Translations under genes and position numbers: made by a program
Part shown: positions 34,851-46,500 of the stretch, in pieces
Numbering within the stretch: position 1 is the first letter of the stretch
Layout of the letters: every line of letters begins with the position of its first letter
Notes under the pieces: generated by a model
What the model saw: only the letters and a program-made list of their open reading frames with translations
Told to the model about the DNA's origin: nothing
Database searches by the model: none
IMG/VR virus record: IMGVR_UViG_3300009080_000001
Span: 20,759-84,758 of that record
Length of the DNA stretch: 64,000 bases
Origin: a virus
Direction: 5' to 3' (one strand)

Positions 34851-37800
34851 TTACCCCACTATTCCTTTGTATTGGTCTATTAATTCTTGTAATTTACTCA
34901 TATCGCCACCAAAAGCAGCTTCTTCCATTTCAGCTTTATCAGCTTCATCAACATCTAATCCTTGTAGTTTACCCATAAGGTCATCAAGAGATGATCTCTC
35001 AGTTCCCGGAAGTGCTCCTGAACCAAGTTGCTTAGATTCTCTATCTTTAGCTTTTTGAAGTTCTTCTAGTTTTTGTTCTAAATATTTACCTTCTTCTTGT
35101 CTTCTAGTGTTTGTAGAGCTTTTTAGTACATCTACAACGTCCGAGTAATCCTCATCATTAGAAGCAGCGTTTATAAGGTTATTACCTAGTTTACCAGTTT
35201 GAAATTGCTTACTATATAATACAGTCTTTACCGGATCTGGTAGATCTTCGAACTCTTTATCATGTTTATTGTTTTTGTTAAAGTTACTTTGAACTTTATC
35301 ATAATAAGCACCTGCTGTAGCATTTTCAACTTCTTCAGCATCTACTATTCCATTCTCATTAATATCTCCACTTAGATCTAATGGATTTTCAGCAAGAAAT
35401 TCATCAGCTTCTTGTTTCTTTTTACCAAGATACGGAGTCAACTTTTCCTTAATAGCTGGATCTAAGTCTAAATCATTAAGATTATCTCTTTGTCCTAAGT
35501 CTAATGCATTAGCAATAGTAACTCCAGATTTTCCTAGAACTTTCCCACTTCTTGATTTTGGTATATAACCTTGTTCTTTGAATCCTTCAAGTCTGTGCAT
35601 TAAGTCTTTATCTATATTATCAGAATAATCTCCACTTTCTTCAACGCTATCAGGCTGTCTTTCAGGTACAATAGTTCCTTTGTAGCTGTCTAATAAATCA
35701 TTTAATTCATTTTCTGGAAGACCTATATCAGATGACATTTGATCATCCATTTCTTTAATAAACTTACCAAGTGACTTTCTAAATGCTGGTGCTTGTGAAA
35801 GTGAGAACATTATTTTATCTCTACTTTCAGGATCAGAATTAACAAGCCTCTCAAGCTCATCAGCGTACATCTGAAGCCCTTTATTCTCGCTCTTCACCAT
35901 ACTACTTCTAAATTGATTAATCTTCTCAGGAGACATCTTAGACAGTAACTTAGACGACATGTCAGATACAGCAGATACAGGCTTAGTTAACATTTTAGAT
36001 AATCTCTCACCTTTACCGTATAAACTTCCCATCCCTTCCGATAATATACCAGTAGCTTTTTGCATAACACCAGCTCTTGTAAATTCCCCAGTATGGCTTA
36101 TAGATCCTTCTAGGATATTATCTACATCAGCAGTTAATTCAAGTCTATCTAAACCTTTAGATATATCATCACCTTCTTTAACTATATGTCTCTGTAAGTA
36201 ATCTTTCTCTGTTCCTAATTTACTAGGTATACCTTTAATTAACTTAACCATATCTGGATGAGACAGGTTTTTACTTAATACGCTTTTATCAATGTTCATT
36301 ATATCCATTAACTGATATAATTTAGCTTGACCAGCTTTCTTTTCTGATAGTAACGGAAGTAGTTCAGTAATCTTATCTCTTCCTAATTTCCATAATTCAA
36401 TGTACATATCTTTTTCAGGGTCATTCCTATCGAAAGCTTTACCACCAACAGTTTTTACCCATTTTTGAAGAGTATCTATGTCCATTTTCTCGAAGTTTAA
36501 TCCTTTAGGAGGCAAAGCTCCATACTTATTAAATACTTCTCCAGTAGCTTCGTTCATATATTGTGCTACTATCTTATCTCCGTCTTTTCCTACTTTAATA
36601 CTAGAAGGACTAAACGGTGTTGTATCGTCTATAAATTGTTTCTGATAACTTTGTTTAATTGGTTCACCAGCTTCATCTAATACTTCTTCAGTAAATTTAG
36701 CTCTGCTTCTACTTAGATTACCGCCTTTAGTATCCCAAGGTATTTCAGCAAGGTCATCAAATTGGAATTGACCTTCTTGTATATTTTCTAACTCGTCCCC
36801 AGATTTAAGGATATGTTTAGCTATTTTAGATTCAGCTTTAATTGGAGCCATTGTTTCTTTTCTAGTACTAGCGTCCATTTTTTTCTGTATCTCATCTTTA
36901 GTTTTTTCAACTAATTTTTGAGCAGCTTTAGTTTGATTCCCAACAGCCATAGTTTCTACTTGGTCAGCCATTTTCATAATCTTATTACTAGCAGATCCTG
37001 TAAGCATCCCAGCTTCTTCTTTTAAGCCGTTTGCGATAGCCTGTAAGTCACCAGTAAGGTTTAGAGTTTCCTCGGCTCTAGCAGCCTTCTGAGCAGCTAA
37101 TTTATCGTCCATACCAATGTCTTTAAATGCTTTCTTTATATCATCAACAAGAGATTTAACCTCTTTTTCCATTATCTTACTACGTTCTTTATTACTAGTC
37201 ATCCCATGTTCTTTAGCGAACTTAAATGGCTTAGATATTGTTGGAAATTTCTCCGCTAAATCAGATAAACCTTCTCCTACTTTCTTAACTCCTTTAACTC
37301 CAGCTTTTAGTCCTAATGACATTGCTGGTGCAGCTAATGCTCCAGTTGTAGCACCTACCGCAGTATCTTGAGCTAGTTCTGGAAGTGTTTCACCTTCACT
37401 TTCTCCGAATCCATATGCTCCACCAAACTTAGCACCTTCTTTAGCTAGTCCACTTAAGCTTTTAACCATAGGAGCTTTTCCAGCTAATGCAGCACCTGTC
37501 TTTGCAGCGGCAGCTCCGCCACCAGTAAATGCAGCAGGTATTATTCCACCTAAAGCTTCTGCTGTTATTGCTGTTCCGGGATTTTCTTTTTTAGCTGCTT
37601 TAATATGTTCTCTAGCTACATCTCTTTCTTTTACGTAGCTTTCCATCATTTCTTTTTCTTTAGCGGCAGAACCTTCTGGATCTTGTATCATTTGTCTAGG
37701 ACTAGCTCCGCCTTTAGCAGCGAACATCCCGTACAATTCATCTAACATTCCCATAGTTAAACCTTGACCACCAGCTAAAGCTGCTGTTTCAGTCATAGAT

Positions 37801-37901
37801 ATTTCATCATCTACTGGAGCAAAATCAAGATCGTCAAAGTTATCTTGTTCTTCTACAGCAGAGAAATCTAAATCATCAAAGTTATCTTCTTTTTTAGCCA
37901 T
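34851..37901 (-). CDS. large internal virion/ejection protein with pesticin-like muramidase domain
   Basis: GQGLTMGMLDE, G/A-rich helices; LEGFKEQGYIP...KSGVTIANALDLGQR. Confidence 0.7.
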   Translation of the reverse strand: MAKKEDNFDDLDFSAVEEQDNFDDLDFAPVDDEISMTETAALAGGQGLTMGMLDELYGMFAAKGGASPRQMIQDPEGSAAKEKEMMESYVKERDVAREHIKAAKKENPGTAITAEALGGIIPAAFTGGGAAAAKTGAALAGKAPMVKSLSGLAKEGAKFGGAYGFGESEGETLPELAQDTAVGATTGALAAPAMSLGLKAGVKGVKKVGEGLSDLAEKFPTISKPFKFAKEHGMTSNKERSKIMEKEVKSLVDDIKKAFKDIGMDDKLAAQKAARAEETLNLTGDLQAIANGLKEEAGMLTGSASNKIMKMADQVETMAVGNQTKAAQKLVEKTKDEIQKKMDASTRKETMAPIKAESKIAKHILKSGDELENIQEGQFQFDDLAEIPWDTKGGNLSRSRAKFTEEVLDEAGEPIKQSYQKQFIDDTTPFSPSSIKVGKDGDKIVAQYMNEATGEVFNKYGALPPKGLNFEKMDIDTLQKWVKTVGGKAFDRNDPEKDMYIELWKLGRDKITELLPLLSEKKAGQAKLYQLMDIMNIDKSVLSKNLSHPDMVKLIKGIPSKLGTEKDYLQRHIVKEGDDISKGLDRLELTADVDNILEGSISHTGEFTRAGVMQKATGILSEGMGSLYGKGERLSKMLTKPVSAVSDMSSKLLSKMSPEKINQFRSSMVKSENKGLQMYADELERLVNSDPESRDKIMFSLSQAPAFRKSLGKFIKEMDDQMSSDIGLPENELNDLLDSYKGTIVPERQPDSVEESGDYSDNIDKDLMHRLEGFKEQGYIPKSRSGKVLGKSGVTIANALDLGQRDNLNDLDLDPAIKEKLTPYLGKKKQEADEFLAENPLDLSGDINENGIVDAEEVENATAGAYYDKVQSNFNKNNKHDKEFEDLPDPVKTVLYSKQFQTGKLGNNLINAASNDEDYSDVVDVLKSSTNTRRQEEGKYLEQKLEELQKAKDRESKQLGSGALPGTERSSLDDLMGKLQGLDVDEADKAEMEEAAFGGDMSKLQELIDQYKGIVG

Positions 37902-39223
37902 TACATAAGTCCTTTAGCTCTTAATCCTTTTATAATCCTTTCTCTTGAAGCGTTAGGATTCTTTTCTTGCATCTTTTGAATTAACATTTCTGGATCAGCT
38001 TTGGTAGATTCTTTCTTACCTTTTAACAGATCTGATGCGTACTTATCTAAGTCTCTAAACCCAGCTTTCTTCAAGTTTGGTATTTGTGTTTTATCTACAA
38101 TTTGTAATTCACCTTTAGGGTCAACTATAGTAGTTTGTTCACCTCTTAATATAGGATGATCAAATCTATCTAAGTTTCCGTATTTATCAACATAATCAGC
38201 TTTAGCTTGTGATACTATCCTATCTTTTAATAGTGAACTTTTAGATCCTAATAGTATTTGTACGTTAGTTTCGTCATCATTTGAAACAGAAGCCTGAGTT
38301 GATTTCCATGCTCTACGTTCAGCATCTGAATCTACAGCCTTACTCATACCAGCAAATGTACTAACCATGTTCTTTAGGTCAATATCTTTAAACTTAGCAT
38401 CTAATGACTCGGTATCTTGACTTACATATTTAGTTAGTCCACCTAATGTAGCAATAGGACCAGTTCCTAAAGTTTCATCTTTACTATATTGTAATTGAGC
38501 GTTCATAGCTTCGTCAACTTTTGACATATTGTTTGCATTTGTTTGTAATGCTTTCTGAGACTCAGCGAAATCAGCAGCTTGTTTCTTATGTACTGCTTTG
38601 CCGAATTCAGTTTCTTTTGGTTTCTTACCTTCTGATTTAAGTTTCTTTTCAGCTAACTCTACTTGCTTCTTTTGGTAAGGAGTCATCTCATCTTTCTTAC
38701 CCATAGCCATATAATTCTGATACATCTTTTGAAGGTTTTGCATACCAGATAACTCTTCTTTTTTCTTAGAAGATCTTTCTTTTTTTAAGTTTTGAGCATG
38801 ATTTGATTTTATATCTTTAAATTGACTTCCTTGAGCATAGTTTAGTAAATTATGTGCAGATGCTAGTACGTCTGGTAAATGATCCTTCCAACCTAACTCT
38901 TTTTCAGGTTCAGCTAGTTTAGCTTTATACTGATCGATTAGCTTAGAGTATTCCTCTTTAGCTTTAGGTTCCATATAAGGAGATCTAGCATCTTCATTAG
39001 TCTGTTCTATATCTCTTTTAGTTTGATCTGGGTTTTGTTCAGAAGAGGCAATTCCCCTAGCAACTCCAGCAACATCTTGAACAGTTTCTCTTTGAGTTTC
39101 AGCAGTAGCCGTAGCTTCCTGAGCCATATCCTCTTCTAACGGAGTAGTTACATACTCTTCTCTTTCTGGAGATCCTCCCATCATAGCAGCTTGTAACTTT
39201 TTTAAGTAATCCATATCTTCCAT
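37901..39223 (-). CDS. putative ejection/internal virion protein
   Basis: helical, located in the podovirus-type internal protein cluster. Confidence 0.55.
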   Translation of the reverse strand: MEDMDYLKKLQAAMMGGSPEREEYVTTPLEEDMAQEATATAETQRETVQDVAGVARGIASSEQNPDQTKRDIEQTNEDARSPYMEPKAKEEYSKLIDQYKAKLAEPEKELGWKDHLPDVLASAHNLLNYAQGSQFKDIKSNHAQNLKKERSSKKKEELSGMQNLQKMYQNYMAMGKKDEMTPYQKKQVELAEKKLKSEGKKPKETEFGKAVHKKQAADFAESQKALQTNANNMSKVDEAMNAQLQYSKDETLGTGPIATLGGLTKYVSQDTESLDAKFKDIDLKNMVSTFAGMSKAVDSDAERRAWKSTQASVSNDDETNVQILLGSKSSLLKDRIVSQAKADYVDKYGNLDRFDHPILRGEQTTIVDPKGELQIVDKTQIPNLKKAGFRDLDKYASDLLKGKKESTKADPEMLIQKMQEKNPNASRERIIKGLRAKGLM

Positions 39224-39225
39224 TA

Positions 39226-41121
39226 TTATTCCCCTAGTGCTGAAAGTAGTTTTTTAAGTCCACTTACTTTCATGTCTTCACCATTGTCAATTTCTTCTGT
39301 TAATTCCTCTTGATATCCTGAAGGCACACCTTCCACTATATCATCTTCTCCTAAGCTGTCAACACTTTCTTCACCTCTTAATATATCCATTAAGCGTTGT
39401 TGTTGAGCAACATTTAGTACTGCTTCTCCAGAGTTTAGTCTTGCATCAACTCTATCTCTTTCAAAAGAATCTCCACCAACTACAGCACCTTCGCCTTCAG
39501 AATCGAACATTAAGTCTCCGTCTTCAGCTTGTTTAGTTCCTGAATGTATTCCTCCACATTCGTATGTAGGTTGTCTCATTCTAGCCATTTCTGATATTGG
39601 ACTAACTCCACCGTCTTCAAATTGAGCACCTTGAAATGCGTTACCAAACTGTTGAGATTGTACGGGTGTCATTACGTTTTCAGCTTTTTCTAGTTTAAAT
39701 GTATCTTCAAAAGCTTCACCTTGTTTTGGCTCTAAAGCTCCCATTAATTGGTTAGCAGCTTTAAGTCCCTTAGCAATATTTGCTCCAGACATTCCAGAAT
39801 CATCGCCTTTAATTAATTCTTGAGCTTGTTCATTTGTTTGTATATCAGCAGATGTTTTATCATTACCTTGTCCTAGCAATGCTATGTCTTTTACTTCTTC
39901 TCCAGCTATTGCTTTTTTCATATCTTGTTGCATCTTACCTTGATCAAAAAATGGGTTTTTTTCTGCAGCTCCAAACCCTTCTCTTAACTCAACTGGCATT
40001 TCTGAAACTGGTTCTTTAGCTAAATCAGTTGTATATTGTTTACCTTGCCAATCAAAAGATCCGCCATCGCCTTGTTGTGATCTTGCTTGTTTAAATGCGT
40101 CTCCAAAAGCAACTCCACCATTTTCTAGTCCAGTTACTTCTTCTCTAGCTTCTTTTTGAGGAACAAGTTCTCCACGAACTCTCTTCATATAGTCACTTTT
40201 AAATTTCTCATGTTGTTTAGATTCTTGAGCTTGCGCTTTGGCAATACCACCGTCTTCCATTTGAGTTGCTAATGCTCCTGCACCAGCTCCAATAGCAGCT
40301 CCCCAAGGACCGAAAGATGCTCCAGCAGATCCACCAGCTAATGCACCTTGCATTGCACTTGGTTTCTGAGGTCCAGCAGGTCCAGCACTTATAGAGTTCT
40401 GAGATCCGGCTTTTGCCATCTGATTATTAAACTGTTGTTGATTAAGCTGGTTTCTAACCTGAGATTGTTGGTTAGCAATATTTGCTCTTGAGTTTTCATT
40501 TTGTTGTCTAGCAGATAGATTCATTGCGTTAACATTTTGTCTATTCATTGCATTAGCTTTAGCAATTGCATCTTTAGCACTAGCTTGTTGAGATTGTCTT
40601 TGGAAATCAGCTCCTTCCATTTGTCCAGCCATTTGTCCCATACCTTGAAGGGCAGCCATTCTTTGTTGTTGACCTTGAGCAGCCATTTGCATAGCCTTCT
40701 GACGAGCAGAATTAGCTCCTCCCTGACTTCCTTGCAACTTAGCCATAAGTGATGCACCAGAATCTCCCATACCCTTACGAGCCATTTCTGATTCAATAGC
40801 AGCACGTTGAGACTTTTCTTGAGCACCTACTTGTCCCATCATCTCTTCCATAGCGAACTTATCTTGAGCTGTTAACCCTTGGTCAGCACGTTCTTGCATT
40901 CCAGATAATGCTTGCATCTGTTGCTCTTTCAATCTAGGGTCAGTACTAATGTCTCCCATAGCAGATTGACCTAATTGTTCGGCATCTAATAATCCAACTA
41001 ATTCAGGATTCTGAAGTACATATTCTTCAAGTTCTGGAGTATCTATAAGCTCCATTCTTTTCATTTTATCCCTTTGAGCCTCTCTCGCTGCTTTATTTGG
41101 ATCTGCTGCTTTACCACCCAT
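39226..41121 (-). CDS. putative ejection/pilot protein
   Basis: Q/M/A-rich, glycine-zipper GASFGPWGAAIGAGAG, repeated xExGG motifs. Confidence 0.6.
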   Translation of the reverse strand: MGGKAADPNKAAREAQRDKMKRMELIDTPELEEYVLQNPELVGLLDAEQLGQSAMGDISTDPRLKEQQMQALSGMQERADQGLTAQDKFAMEEMMGQVGAQEKSQRAAIESEMARKGMGDSGASLMAKLQGSQGGANSARQKAMQMAAQGQQQRMAALQGMGQMAGQMEGADFQRQSQQASAKDAIAKANAMNRQNVNAMNLSARQQNENSRANIANQQSQVRNQLNQQQFNNQMAKAGSQNSISAGPAGPQKPSAMQGALAGGSAGASFGPWGAAIGAGAGALATQMEDGGIAKAQAQESKQHEKFKSDYMKRVRGELVPQKEAREEVTGLENGGVAFGDAFKQARSQQGDGGSFDWQGKQYTTDLAKEPVSEMPVELREGFGAAEKNPFFDQGKMQQDMKKAIAGEEVKDIALLGQGNDKTSADIQTNEQAQELIKGDDSGMSGANIAKGLKAANQLMGALEPKQGEAFEDTFKLEKAENVMTPVQSQQFGNAFQGAQFEDGGVSPISEMARMRQPTYECGGIHSGTKQAEDGDLMFDSEGEGAVVGGDSFERDRVDARLNSGEAVLNVAQQQRLMDILRGEESVDSLGEDDIVEGVPSGYQEELTEEIDNGEDMKVSGLKKLLSALGE

Positions 41122-41130
41122 CGTTATCTC

Positions 41131-41472
41131 CTATAGGTCTTTGTAGTAATTATTTCTATGTTTATCATCTGGATCTTTTCCACAATACTCAAATCCAAAC
41201 TTTAGCATCAATCTATGACTTCTTTTCCATCCGTTTGTTCTTTCGTCTGTAAAGCCGTAAACTGTTTCTATATCTTTTTTCTTAAACTCTTCTATTAATT
41301 CTTCAATAAATTTCTTCATTACTTGTTGACCACGTACTTCCGGTCTTGAGTATATATCTATTATTGACGCTGAGTTATCCTCTTCATATATTTTGTACGT
41401 TATAAAACAATCGTCGTTATGTATTAATTCTACCTCGTCTCTTTCCTTAAGGTATTGCTTGTATAATTCCAT
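41131..41472 (-). CDS. GNAT-family acetyltransferase-like protein
   Basis: IIDIYSRPEVRGQ...HRLMLKFGF. Confidence 0.65.
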   Translation of the reverse strand: MELYKQYLKERDEVELIHNDDCFITYKIYEEDNSASIIDIYSRPEVRGQQVMKKFIEELIEEFKKKDIETVYGFTDERTNGWKRSHRLMLKFGFEYCGKDPDDKHRNNYYKDL

Positions 41473-43002
41473 CTACTTTAACCCTCTTCCTCCGCCTGAA
41501 CCACCTTCTCTTGTTGGAACCTGTTCTGGAGCTAGTTCTAAGTCTCCAATAGAGTCTAAACTTCTAACATCTTCTTGTCCTAATAGACCTTTTAGTTTTT
41601 GGAATCTAGAAAGGTTTTCTTGTGTTTGAGGTAACATTCCTGATATCTCATTTGACAGTAAACCTTTAGTGCTATTATATGCTTCTTGTTGTTCTTGTTG
41701 ACTTTGCATTTGGTCCCAAGCTTTCTTTGCTAGTATTTGTTGATGATTTCTATCACTACTAAAATGTGTTTTACTACCAAATGGGTCCATATATTTTTTT
41801 TCTAATTCTAATAAAGCTTCTGGGTTTTGGAGATTAGCAATATCAGCGTTGAATTTATCTCCTAAAGTTTTCCATCCTGATTTATGTATAGGAACTGAAT
41901 ACTTCCCTGCTCCTGCTCTAGAATCTGCGGCTTTCATTTCAGCTTTAATTCTACCTAGTAAAGCAGATTTAGCGTTATCGAAACTTCCTTGACTTCCACT
42001 TATAAGACTCTCGTAATCTTTATCCATAGTTTGGTTCTGAGCATAGTCAGCTTCTAAACCTTTTAACTTACTATAATTATCTTCTAAATTAGCAAATTGA
42101 TCTGATCCCATTTGATCAGTAGCAAGTCCTGTTACATAATCACCAAATTGATCTCTTTCTCTTTGAAATTGTCCAACATTTGATGTAAATTGTTGACTCA
42201 TATCAGATATATTTTTATCTAAAGCATTAGCTTCGTCTTGAACACCTTGCGTTATTTGTTGTCTAGCTTGATCGTCACCTGAAGTAATTAATTGATCTAG
42301 ACCACCCATACCTTGAGTATATGCACCTTGTTTACTAAATGTATCTTGAAGAAGGTTTCTACGACCTTGTTCAGTTCCAGCTTGTCCAGCCATTTGCTGT
42401 AAAGCTCTTGCTTTTTGAGATTGTTCAGCTAAACTAACATTACCAACATCTATCATTCCTTTTGGTCCTGCAGATAATTCTTGGAACCTAGAGGCTTGAT
42501 CTTCTTGAGTAGGTTGAGGTGTTACTGGTGCTTCAGTAGCCGCTGGTTGTTGAGGTTGATTTGTCCCCATTACGTTTCCAACAATGTTCTCAGCTTCTTG
42601 TTTCTGACTAGCAAGTGATGCTTGGTTTGAGTCCAAAGCAGCCTTCATATCAGCTTGTTTCTTTTCTGCTTGTGCAGCAATATCAGATGCTTGTGATCCA
42701 ACATTCTCTGTAACTGCTCCTGCCATCTTCTGTGCTTGAGGTTTGTTCTTTTGAACATACTTCTGGATATTTGTAAACATTCCAGAAGAGGCTGGTTTAC
42801 TTGACTGTTGCGGCTGTTGAGCTGCTCCAGCTTGAGTTGATGACATTCCGGCTTGTACTGTTGATGGTTGAGATGGTGCGGCTTGGGAAGCCTGAGAGTC
42901 CTGACCTTGAGGTTGTGCAGCAGGTTGCTGACCACCCGTAAGGGGAGTAGAAGAAACTACTTGATTTTGATCTGGTTTGTTGTTTGACGCATCGTATGCC
43001 AT
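41473..43002 (-). CDS. Q-rich putative internal virion protein
   Basis: low-complexity Q/P/A N-terminus, helical body. Confidence 0.55.
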   Translation of the reverse strand: MAYDASNNKPDQNQVVSSTPLTGGQQPAAQPQGQDSQASQAAPSQPSTVQAGMSSTQAGAAQQPQQSSKPASSGMFTNIQKYVQKNKPQAQKMAGAVTENVGSQASDIAAQAEKKQADMKAALDSNQASLASQKQEAENIVGNVMGTNQPQQPAATEAPVTPQPTQEDQASRFQELSAGPKGMIDVGNVSLAEQSQKARALQQMAGQAGTEQGRRNLLQDTFSKQGAYTQGMGGLDQLITSGDDQARQQITQGVQDEANALDKNISDMSQQFTSNVGQFQRERDQFGDYVTGLATDQMGSDQFANLEDNYSKLKGLEADYAQNQTMDKDYESLISGSQGSFDNAKSALLGRIKAEMKAADSRAGAGKYSVPIHKSGWKTLGDKFNADIANLQNPEALLELEKKYMDPFGSKTHFSSDRNHQQILAKKAWDQMQSQQEQQEAYNSTKGLLSNEISGMLPQTQENLSRFQKLKGLLGQEDVRSLDSIGDLELAPEQVPTREGGSGGGRGLK

Positions 43003-43029
43003 AAATGTCCTGTTTTATTTATATCTCTA

Positions 43030-43047
43030 TATATAGTTGTTAAATTT
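43030..43047 (-). promoter_or_regulatory. candidate late promoter AAATTTAACAACTATATA
   Basis: exact 18-bp match to 48303-48320; both copies lie just upstream of - strand starts. Confidence 0.55.
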
Positions 43048-43087
43048 ATACGAAATTCGTACAATAAAATTAAAAAAATGAACAATT

Positions 43088-43507
43088 CTAGTATATTACA
43101 AGTGTTATTTGGAACTTATTATTAGCTGGAAGACCTGTAATACTGTGTATTTTTATTAGATCTCCTCCAATTGGGCTAAAATTGACAAAGGGTTGTGAAG
43201 TTGGATAAATACTTGAATTCGTTAGATTATAAGCTCTTATTACTTGTATCCCTTTTACACCAGTTTTACCGACATTTACGTTAAAAGGTGTCTGGGTAGG
43301 TATTCCTGAGCTATCCACAGTAACATCTATAGTTTTAATAGTTTCTACCCTATTATCAAAGTCTATTCTACTGTCAGATAATTCAACAACTTCCTGCATA
43401 AATGAGTTTAAAATAGATCCTAACTGACTAATCAATTGGCTATATTCATCGTCAAAGTCTTCAGCTCTAATATTTCTAGTGTTATTTAACTTAGGCATTA
43501 TTTCCAT
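43088..43507 (-). CDS. small virion protein
   Basis: directly after the tail tubular gene. Confidence 0.55.
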   Translation of the reverse strand: MEIMPKLNNTRNIRAEDFDDEYSQLISQLGSILNSFMQEVVELSDSRIDFDNRVETIKTIDVTVDSSGIPTQTPFNVNVGKTGVKGIQVIRAYNLTNSSIYPTSQPFVNFSPIGGDLIKIHSITGLPANNKFQITLVIY

Positions 43508-46500
43508 CCTCTTGAGCTTATAGGTCTAATTACTCCTGTAACTCCTAATACTCTAAATTCTTCTCTAGCGTTTTTGTGTTCAAATACTAAAGTAAGATAT
43601 CTACATTTCTGCTTACCTCTAGGTACTATAGTTCTGAAAGGTATATCATTACCTTCTCCGCCCCAATAAGCATTAGGATTATCAAATTCCATATCTCCCC
43701 AATAACCTATACCTTTACCTTGGAAAGGAACTTCAGTTAAAGCTTGGTCTACATCAGATCCAAATTTGGCTATTGCGTCATAGAAGTTATTTTGGTCAAA
43801 CAATATAGTTACTTCACGTATTTGCTTAACAGCAGAAGGATCTCCAAAATGTTGAGGATTCCACTCTATAGTCTGAACAAAGTGTTTATATACTGTAATA
43901 TCGCCTTGAATGAACGGTCTAGCAGCATGTACGTATATTAAGTTGTTTGGAGCATCTATTTCCGTTATATAAGCCTCATAAGTGACGCTCTCAGGCTTCG
44001 TATAGTCTTTTAGAGTAGTTATAGTAGGTACAGCGTTAAGCTCGTCTACAAGCGTATTAACGTCCTCTAAGACGGTACTAATAGTTACTGCCTTGTTTGT
44101 AACATTTACTGGATCTAAGCTGAATAAATAGTCGTTGATAGCTTGGAATTTCTCTACCATATCGTCACCAGCACCCATTCCGAAAGATTCCTGCATAGTG
44201 CTAGAAGCTGGAGGTGTTATCCCAGTATCGAATGTATCCATTCTTCTTAATAATCTACTATTTATATAATTAATACTTATATCTTGAGTTTGTGTAATAA
44301 CGTCAGAAACTTCAACATCGTCAGAATTTGAGATCTTAACCTCAGTTCCGTCAACTCCGTCAGCAGATATCTGTATTACAAATTCCCTATCACATTGATC
44401 TGTTCTGTCAAATTCTTTACGTTCCTGAGCAACATAGTTTCTATCACCATCACCAAGGTATATCTTAGCATCACGTTCCATTACTAGACCGCATGTTGCG
44501 CTATATTCCCACTTTGACCAAGTTCTTTCAAATATGTTATATCTATACGCTTGTGTTGCAGAAGTATCATCTTCATCTTGTGGTAAAAATAGTACATATG
44601 CTCTATCATTTTCGTAAGCTATTCCGAAAGTATTTGGAACAAAGTCAAACTTAGCATTTGCTATTTCATCAACTAAATTCTCAATTCCTCTTGATATTAC
44701 TCCAGCTCCAGAATCTGTTACAACTGTAATACCTTGTTCAGTTAAACAGTATATTTGGTTGTTTAAAACAGCAGCACTATCTGGTGCGATAATTCTTGTA
44801 TTATCCAGTAACCTAACCGAAAAATTTGGAGCAGAAGTACCGGAAACAATATAAATACCATCATCTTTAAGAACAAATAAATTATCCCGTAATGCAAGTA
44901 TTCTTTTAATCTCTTCATCTTTAGCACCGACATCAATATAGTTAGCAATAGGAACCGCTTCTGGTTCATCTGCTTTTGAGTAATATAATCTATTTGGAAT
45001 TTCTAAGTTATCTGATTGTAAATCTGTGTTAAATAGTGCAGTAAATACTACTGGAAACGGATTAGCTCCAGAAGAGTCGTAATCAGTATGTAGAATATAA
45101 TCTATTTCTAAGTCTGTGTTACCGCCACCTTCAGTTACATTAGATACTGTATATACTCCAGAGAAAGATGGTGGTGCATCTGGATCTGAAGAATCATTTA
45201 AGAAAGAAAAGAACTTGCTATCACCATCTGTGATTCCAAGACCTATTCCAGCTAATGTTAATATAGTTGTATTTGTATTACCTCTTAATCTAGTTACTTG
45301 AGTTGAAACTCCTATTTCCGGACTAAACTCTCCACCAATGTCAGCAAAGCTTGGCTCTTCAACACCTACATATAAAGTATCGTCAGATAAATCTCTAGCT
45401 TCTAATAGTAGTTGACCCGGAAGATCATCAGCACCAGTTAAGTAAAAAGCATTAACAGGAGACTGTGAATCTTGATTGATTATTTTAACTAAACTTCTAG
45501 ATGTTTGATCGATAGCTTGACCAACAGATACAGAAGTAGATAGTTCAAAATCACCACCTTCAGGAGTATCAGCATCTTCAACTGCAGCAGCAGTGTAGTA
45601 CCTAGTTATAGTAGAATTACCTACTATGATTCTAGTTGTATCATTTACATAGTTATCTACAGATAAGATGTTAAATTCAGCTCTATGTGCAGATTTAGTA
45701 TTTGCATAAAACATTGAGTTTCTAAATAAAGCAATATCCAATGCAATTGGTGGTGGATCATTAGATTGTAATATCCCAGATCCTGTTATTTCGTTTGTAT
45801 ATAATGGAGCACCAGCAGCTCTAAATGACTCTGGAGTAGTATCGGTGAATGTAAGCTCACCAGCGGCTATATCCGTACTTGTAACAGCTTTTTCATACAC
45901 TATGTTACATTCATCACCCGGATCTATATCATCAAGATCTAAGCCTTCTATAGCTGTTATAATTCCTGTACGATATACTTGTACAAAATAGTTCTCGTCA
46001 ATATCTGATGGTAGTATAAGAGTAAGGTCACAGTTTGCGTCATTACCTTCAACCACAGATCCTGAGACTATGTTGGATTGAGATATGGCTCCGACAGCAG
46101 CACTTATAATAGTAGCGTCGTGAGTACCTTCTTCATTTGATGTAATTGTTACAGTATTTGCTAATAATGTTACATTGTAAGTAGACATATTTAAAGCTAT
46201 TTGATTTGCTAATATTGCAGCTACATCATTATTAGAAGCAACAGTACTAATGTCAACTTCTACGAAATTTGTTCCGAATGTATTTGAATCATATGGAGGC
46301 GTTATAGCAGGTGCTCCTGTCTTGAAATAAAAAGTAAACTTAGACCCAGCGGCAGATATGATAATATAATCTTGATCTACTAAAGGAGTTCCTACATGGT
46401 CAATTGTTAAGTCTTCACTTTGATATACAACAGCTTTATCATTACTATTAGCTATAACTTCTCTAGCACTTGGAGAACCAAGTAATAGGTTATTGTTATT

